A stretch of 64,000 bases of DNA. Source: Schizochytrium sp. TIO01 (taxonomy: Eukaryota; Protista; Bigyra: Labyrinthulomycetes). A model generated the notes under the pieces. It saw nothing but the letters and a program-made list of their open reading frames with translations. It was not told where the DNA came from and made no database searches. Numbering within the stretch: the first letter of the stretch is position 1; each line of letters starts with the position of its first letter. Location: contig SMSO01000034.1 in the NCBI GenBank assembly GCA_004764695.1, forward strand, positions 4,154,001-4,218,000. The letters are read 5' to 3'. The position numbers were made by a program, and so were the translations under genes. Below, in pieces: positions 59,101 through 64,000 of this stretch.

Positions 59101-60451
59101 CTTTCGTATTAGTGGCTTGGTCGGATGCATCTTCCTTTCCTGCAGATCTGGGGCTGATATTTTGGTCTTCTTTTGTTAAATCTTTTTCTTCGTCCTTCAT
59201 TGTTTCAATAGAAGAGGGCAAAGGATCTGCCTGCCTGTCTTCCCTTTCATCAGGGGACCTTGCATTAAGAAAAGTGGGAGAGTCATCTTCAGTCGACTCC
59301 TCCTGTGTTGTCTCAAGTGTGGTTTCTTTATTAGCACCTGATTCTTTGTTAACTTCTTGGAACTCCTTTGGTTGCTCCCAACACACTTCTTGCGTTTCAG
59401 AGTTATAGTAGTAGTCGTATCCAGATTGCGGGTCATTTAAACGCTGCCACGGAGAATCTAAGTTTTGGGATAGACCAGATCTCTTAGTTTTACCTCGTTG
59501 CTTGCGCACTTCTCGTCGCGCCACCTTGCCTCGCCATGTGTTTTGCACAAGCACAGCTGCACGCACCTCGGGGCTGATAAGTTTGTCACCAATACTTCGA
59601 AGGTCAAATTTGGTAAATGTTTTGGGTTTTTCCCAAGTGGATTCTTGTGTTCTCACATTATAATAATAATAGTTGCCAGAACTTGGGTCTAAAAGCTCCA
59701 TCCATTCATTGCCTATATTGTTTATGCCAATGTCTTCCGTCCCAGGCTCTGATACAGCGTTTTGGGTGGTATCCAAGAGATTACTGTTCTCTTTAACTCT
59801 TTTCACTCCATCTTCATTAGGCTGTGTATCAGTTTTGGTTGAGTCCTCAAGCTTACCCTTCCTATCTTTCTCATTTCCATTCTCCTTGTCCTCATTGCCT
59901 TTCTTATCATCGCTGTCACTTGCTAATTCATCGCATCCAGCATGGGACGAGGTAGCAGTTGGTTCATGTACCGATGCTAGACTCTCACCGAGAGGCAATG
60001 TCCATGAAACTTCCTGTGTTTCTTGGTTGTAAAAATAATCCGCCCCTGTTGCTGGATCGTTGAAAACAAGCCAAGCTCCATCTTTGGATCCCTTATTTGT
60101 AGACTGCGAAACAGCATTTTTTGCACGTGCTGCCCGAACAGCCCGCCGAGCTTGTTTTCGACGATAAGTACTTTGAATTCGAAGAACTGCTCGAAGCTCG
60201 GGTGGGTACGATTTGAAGTTGCTTGCAAGAAGACCTATGACGCTTGCTCTCCCTACGTTCTTGGCGGCATCTTTTGCTTCTTCATCGCTGTCATCTTCAG
60301 CCTCATTCGATGACGTAGCTCTGCGAAAAATCTCTGGCAACTCAAACTGAGACACATGAGTTACCGAATTATAGTAGTAGTATGCCGACGAGATCGGATC
60401 CCAGACTTGACACCACGCCTCAGCCTCTTGTTGTTCTGCAGGGTCTACCAT
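56144..60451 (-). CDS. WW/IQ/ankyrin-repeat protein, 1435 aa
   Basis: Six WW-like units (W..x.D..S/TG..YYYN..T..xxW..P), three IQ motifs (IQSTYRRKQARR, VQNTWRGKVARR, IQIQFRARIART) and C-terminal ankyrin repeats (GRLLLHVAC, RPVHVAA, GDTALHWAC). Confidence 0.88.
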   Translation of the reverse strand: MVDPAEQQEAEAWCQVWDPISSAYYYYNSVTHVSQFELPEIFRRATSSNEAEDDSDEEAKDAAKNVGRASVIGLLASNFKSYPPELRAVLRIQSTYRRKQARRAVRAARAKNAVSQSTNKGSKDGAWLVFNDPATGADYFYNQETQEVSWTLPLGESLASVHEPTATSSHAGCDELASDSDDKKGNEDKENGNEKDRKGKLEDSTKTDTQPNEDGVKRVKENSNLLDTTQNAVSEPGTEDIGINNIGNEWMELLDPSSGNYYYYNVRTQESTWEKPKTFTKFDLRSIGDKLISPEVRAAVLVQNTWRGKVARREVRKQRGKTKRSGLSQNLDSPWQRLNDPQSGYDYYYNSETQEVCWEQPKEFQEVNKESGANKETTLETTQEESTEDDSPTFLNARSPDEREDRQADPLPSSIETMKDEEKDLTKEDQNISPRSAGKEDASDQATNTKDLNKVRESDQLGSLRSLSTGKTAKSSMTASANSEPRESRKWTWVELYDPATRRSYFYNQKTHVSSWAVPQDEPKEEIGTVAKGFDHRLSDELIAVMRIQIQFRARIARTRVRQYRAIRHQGNSDRLWVEVLDNLTGQPYFFNTKTLEVSWDPPSRNSSRKLSGVTLNDKSQATLEDANQSQKNELEPENETISEKAQELATLEEKERVYTNGKASKVESKEGSETNQQNELNESSLDEPASVDSKASQDHIPSLKNTYDAKALNVVGGSSHESDIVAVTDNEKGNFEQNGVESSVAKDALSATKENGFQSGRTEDTKLARLSPVSHLKDDPDGLNMQTSVLQNKDTIALHIKSEPSTLPQSGTSTPRSKSSPAPNKSHFETERTECSILTTASSGHISEAEDEDDQPEHFEGVSNEVKERMRLIEVSSVLNTKRFTRLMTLTELARKAGVELEGRKAKSLKQSVRVAELAAEEATQAIEELSKTKNGPEKLEAVSKALKAVVFCEAQQMLAAKATFGLHCLLLEKGTNSFRTIVEKLESANITTSRKVLRLQQSLDAELELARIRIKHVQVFSHRSSVSEASLEARWQAMQSKLISRVAYRSRYYVKQILKIEEADYEKAFARTMQAAQDNGGSFRSELGFVVDRIEGQSPWWPTYEMAMFATVDTWQKVQEFETFARKMSDHAREEKEQRAMMAEEANQRATQSAKNSLKYELACRKAFLDMCRNAWTLGIRQRRATEEAEHPARKSRIEDSMKMKHKKGAIAVAKKPIRKRLLVHIDGYSSPWRACMATNSSLDDFCKALEEEKLRRINQERRSFNIDQPDPDSGRLLLHVACWYSRLDIVKFLLSEGANPNATQNSLDLTRPVHVAARAGRSDIIEALVEQGASLYAQDSAGDTALHWACRVESLPCVRSLLNLARSQGAHSDTQEGLWLLVAKVNERSKTPTEVLPRNEEESLSYTGQRIHKLLRQLEIHSQKKLLQADEI

Positions 60452-61572
60452 TGGCTCTAGGATCTCGCGGCTACCGAGGGCTCTTGCACACGCTATTGCT
60501 CATGCCGCTCCGGTCTAGTTCTGGAGATCACTGCCACAGACACGTCAATACCGCTCGTTTCCTTGCCAAGGAAGATGTCGTTACCTTAATACGAGGTGTA
60601 AAATTCCTTGAGAATAAAAGCAATGTCCAGCTTCAAATGGCGGTGATTTACCTTTTTGTACAATTATTGTTGTGGAACATTTAACTTCTCAATAGCAAAA
60701 GATACCTATTCAGAAACAAGTTGGAAAATAGGACCAATCCGAAGAAATTGCATACAACGCATAGTGTTTGAAAGTATACACCTGCTTTACCGTCGATTTA
60801 CATGGTAGCGAGGGATACCCAAGCACAATTTTAGCCAGGTCTCTTGAATTTTGACTTGAACTTTTTACATATAACGTCTTCAACGGACACTTTTTAAAAC
60901 ATTAAAATCTTAATTTTTTAAAATAGATAAGAAGTATAAGAAAACGAAAAGTTATTTACTGTAACCACTCAGGATAACTTTTGAGTATATTTTCTCTTTC
61001 TTATCACGAATTAGAAACTTTCCAAAACCACTAAGATGCTTATTTTCATGACACAGCAGTTCACCAAGTCCAGATTCCCAATGTAGGCTATCTATAATTC
61101 CTTTTCTCTTTTTTTCTTTCTTCTTTGTTGTGCTCTTTCATCAAGAGGAAATACTAAGACCCCCTATCTTAACCTCTAACCTAATAATGATTCCCCGATT
61201 CTCCCGATTCTCCCGATTAGCATTGTTTCTTTTATCTTATCTTGTCTTTTGTCACATTGTAAGTAGGTCCAACGGCTTTATCATAGCGTCTAGTAGATGT
61301 AAAGAGAGATAAACCAGAAAAAGGTTCTTATATTTATGAGATGCGAGAGAAAAGGTGCTTGTTTAATTTGCAAGTTGCCTTGTTGAAAGGGTTGAAAGTT
61401 CACACACGCAAATTCCGTCTTGGCTTTGGCTGGAGCTAAATTTGTGGCTGGTTGCGGACTGTTTGCAGCGTTGCGAGCTGCGAACAGATCGCAACATAGT
61501 GTCGTTCGGGCATTTTGACAGCTCGTGAACGGGTACACTACCTCGCTAGCTTGCAAAGTTCGACTAGCGATT

Positions 61573-63999
61573 ATGAAGCCCTCCGCTGTGAGCACAAGCG
61601 GCATGCCGCGCTCACCGGAGCGTAAAACACATGGGAAAGCTGCTTCGCCGAGAAAGCGAGCGCAGCAGCAGCAGCAGCAACAACACATTTCTGAGGTCAC
61701 TTCGAAAAATCGATCGGGAGAATTAAGAAAGGATGTATCGCCCATTAAAGGTCTTCGCAAAGAGATTGCCAAGTCTGGTCATGCGCATCCTGGAGCTGGT
61801 GTTTTTTCTTCATATATCCAGAATCTGCAAGATGATCTCCAGATGGAAGTAGACGAAGAAGTTAACTCGACATCATCCTCACGTGACCGCACAACAGTCT
61901 CTCATTCTGGGACACAGGAATCAAAGTATGATCCTGAGGAAGGTGCTTTGCAGAAGGCTTATGTTGTTCAAACAATCCTTGAGAACATGGACTGGCAAGA
62001 AGCCACTCTCGAGAGTGTTCTTCGAGCATGTGAAGTTTGGCCAAGTCCATCTCCACAGAGTTCGGGAATAGCATCTTCTACAATTCTTCCTCTTTCGGCA
62101 TACTATGACAAGACACAAGATCCCATTCACCCGAACGAAATCGCATACCCGGTGCACGGGGCAACGGTTCTTCCCAGCCCAGACTCTTCTATTTGGGAAG
62201 CTGGCATTGTTCAGTGTTATGATATCGATTCAGACCGCTTCATTGTTGACACCATCGAAAGAAGTTATAAAATCCCGCGTGTTAGAGTTATGTTTCCGTC
62301 GGAGAGCCTTGAAGGTTTCGTGAGGCGGTTTGTGACGACTTTTTTTCGTCGCGAGCAGGCTCATCTTCTGATTCGCTATAATCTATATGTAGACTGTATG
62401 CCTGCGCAGGGTGATAATGCAATTAACGAAGCCCAACTAGCTCGCATTGTTTCATGGGCTTTGGGTGTCAGCAAAGCAAATGCAAAAGATTCAAAAGCTC
62501 GCATGGATGTTGCTTCTATGCTTCATGAGGTAGAAACTCGTTTTGCTCGAACCTTGAATAAGATTGATTTCGATCGCAAACTAAAACGTAGTACACGAGA
62601 AGCATTGCGTAAAGACAATCTCGATGATCTTCCAATGGTACTTCAGAGTGTAGAGCCTGTAAGAAATGCGCCAGTGTATGGTTGTCTTCCCATCGCTCCT
62701 TACGATAGCGAGTCATATTACAATGATCTCAAGGCACACAGCTTTTTGGCTGACTCTTCTTCGCTCGGGGCTCTCTCAGGCGTCCACAAACTTTGTCAGC
62801 GCGTGGGGACTAGTGAGTTTCGCCTCTTTCGCTGCACACCAGAAACCCAAAGTCTATCCCTGCGCGAATTTGAAGAGTCGCAGAATTTGCAACTGGACAA
62901 AGCTACGACTCATCTCAAGGATGACTGGACTCAATCCCTCAAGAATGTTATCAAAAGTAACTTGAGTCGTGATCCCGCGAGGTGGGACCTCGAAACAAAG
63001 GATCGACAAGCTTACGAATCAAGTGAGCTTCGGTGCTTCTTTCGAAACGTAAACTTACGCATGACAGATGCATTGTACGATTCTGTAAATGAAAGCATTC
63101 GTCTTTATGGACGTTACATTGAGGAGGCAACTCAGTATAAAATCGATATCAGGACATCTTCAGAAGTTCTTGTAGACTATCACTCAGACTCAGCAAGCTC
63201 CCAAACAAAGCCGCTATTTCGTGTTGATCTCATTAAGGAAATACGTCTCCCGAAAGCAAAAGTAGCAACTGATGTAAATGGAGTAAAAAAAGATGCTCCC
63301 GAAGAGGAGGAAGAAGAAGAGGAGGAGGAAGAGGAAGAAGAAGGAGACCAAGATAAAGTTAATGAAAACGAGCCTAGACCATTTTTTGGATATAGTAATG
63401 ATGCTCAGGACTTTGTAGACAAGGCACGTGGGTTTGTTCGAGCAGGTATCACCAATATCAAAGGGATCCCGCAAATACAACGACTTGCGATGGATCGCCT
63501 GTACTGGGGTGAGGTCCCTACAGTAAAAACCTTGAGTGAGGATGAACGAATCGTTGCGGAGGTCGAAGACCAGATTTCTACAAGCTTGCAAGGCCGTTTC
63601 AGTGAGCTTGATATTTATTTGGAAAAGTTTGACCGATTTCTTCATATTTTACGCCTCGATGTTGATGAATTTATGGCCAAACTTGAAGAACCCTTCCGCC
63701 TTGCTGAAGAACGAGCTCAGCGAAAGAAAGAGCGTGAAGAAAAGCGCGCAGAACAACAACGACTCAAGGAGGAAAAGGAACAAGCATTTAAAGAAGAGCT
63801 TGAGCGTCTCCGCGCTGAAGGCAATGAGGCCGAAGTAACAGCACTTCAAGCAAAAAAGGCCGAGGAAGATGAAGAAGAGGAAGATGATGACGATGATGAC
63901 GACGATGACGATGATGCCGAGGCACCAACACTGGAGACAGACCTCATTGCTAGATACATTAGTGATCACATCAAAGGTCAGGAGCATGTTGAGCTCTTG
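61573..63999 (+). CDS. Axonemal inner-arm dynein heavy chain (DNAH1-like), N-terminal part; continues beyond the right edge
   Basis: Frame 1 appears open from ATG 61573 to the window end (hand-translated for the first ~280 codons and at the edge; no stop-terminated ORF in the track). It contains IPRVRVMFPSE...FVRRF...LIRYNLYVDCMP, matching the DNAH1-subfamily N-terminal motif (PRIxxxFxAE...YNLYVDCMP). The motor domain lies outside the window. Confidence 0.8.
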   Translation, partial: MKPSAVSTSGMPRSPERKTHGKAASPRKRAQQQQQQQHISEVTSKNRSGELRKDVSPIKGLRKEIAKSGHAHPGAGVFSSYIQNLQDDLQMEVDEEVNSTSSSRDRTTVSHSGTQESKYDPEEGALQKAYVVQTILENMDWQEATLESVLRACEVWPSPSPQSSGIASSTILPLSAYYDKTQDPIHPNEIAYPVHGATVLPSPDSSIWEAGIVQCYDIDSDRFIVDTIERSYKIPRVRVMFPSESLEGFVRRFVTTFFRREQAHLLIRYNLYVDCMPAQGDNAINEAQLARIVSWALGVSKANAKDSKARMDVASMLHEVETRFARTLNKIDFDRKLKRSTREALRKDNLDDLPMVLQSVEPVRNAPVYGCLPIAPYDSESYYNDLKAHSFLADSSSLGALSGVHKLCQRVGTSEFRLFRCTPETQSLSLREFEESQNLQLDKATTHLKDDWTQSLKNVIKSNLSRDPARWDLETKDRQAYESSELRCFFRNVNLRMTDALYDSVNESIRLYGRYIEEATQYKIDIRTSSEVLVDYHSDSASSQTKPLFRVDLIKEIRLPKAKVATDVNGVKKDAPEEEEEEEEEEEEEEGDQDKVNENEPRPFFGYSNDAQDFVDKARGFVRAGITNIKGIPQIQRLAMDRLYWGEVPTVKTLSEDERIVAEVEDQISTSLQGRFSELDIYLEKFDRFLHILRLDVDEFMAKLEEPFRLAEERAQRKKEREEKRAEQQRLKEEKEQAFKEELERLRAEGNEAEVTALQAKKAEEDEEEEDDDDDDDDDDDAEAPTLETDLIARYISDHIKGQEHVELL

Positions 64000-64000
64000 A

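Noticed and set aside
61268-61278. MSA-like MYB3R site TCCAACGGCT in the WW/dynein divergent promoter
   Set aside because: A single 8-mer core is expected by chance in 64 kb; the same core also occurs inside a CDS at about 45956.

Overview
Eukaryotic, intron-poor, roughly 45% GC nuclear DNA. Its style (single-exon genes, flagellar dynein, 3R-MYB, long microsatellite-rich intergenic tracts) fits a thraustochytrid/labyrinthulomycete stramenopile; this is inference. Twelve protein-coding loci are supportable: METTL13 (runs off the left edge), a kinesin-fold protein with degenerate ATPase motifs and a long coiled coil, a 1234-aa repeat/Zn-finger protein, acetyl-CoA transporter SLC33A1, eIF3c, mitochondrial glycine decarboxylase P protein, a 3R-MYB factor, an EF-hand/HMG-box/PH protein, a helical protein with FANCA-like motifs, galactokinase, a (WW-IQ-WW)x3-ankyrin protein, and the 5' part of a DNAH1-like dynein heavy chain (runs off the right edge). 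Three genes are broken by four frame discontinuities, all +1. Single-base consensus insertions are the most likely cause, but stop-adjacent +1 frameshifting (kinesin) and a 28-nt intron (FANCA-like) are testable alternatives. Two gene-free tracts (about 18-29.4 kb and 32.5-41.2 kb) and a shorter one (51-54.2 kb) hold decayed gene relics (including a probable papain-family pseudogene), a recurrent AGGTA/TACCT palindromic motif, a dimeric minisatellite and several strong hairpins. I saw no rRNA, tRNA, CRISPR array or intact mobile element. All homology calls come from motif recognition by eye, with no database search.
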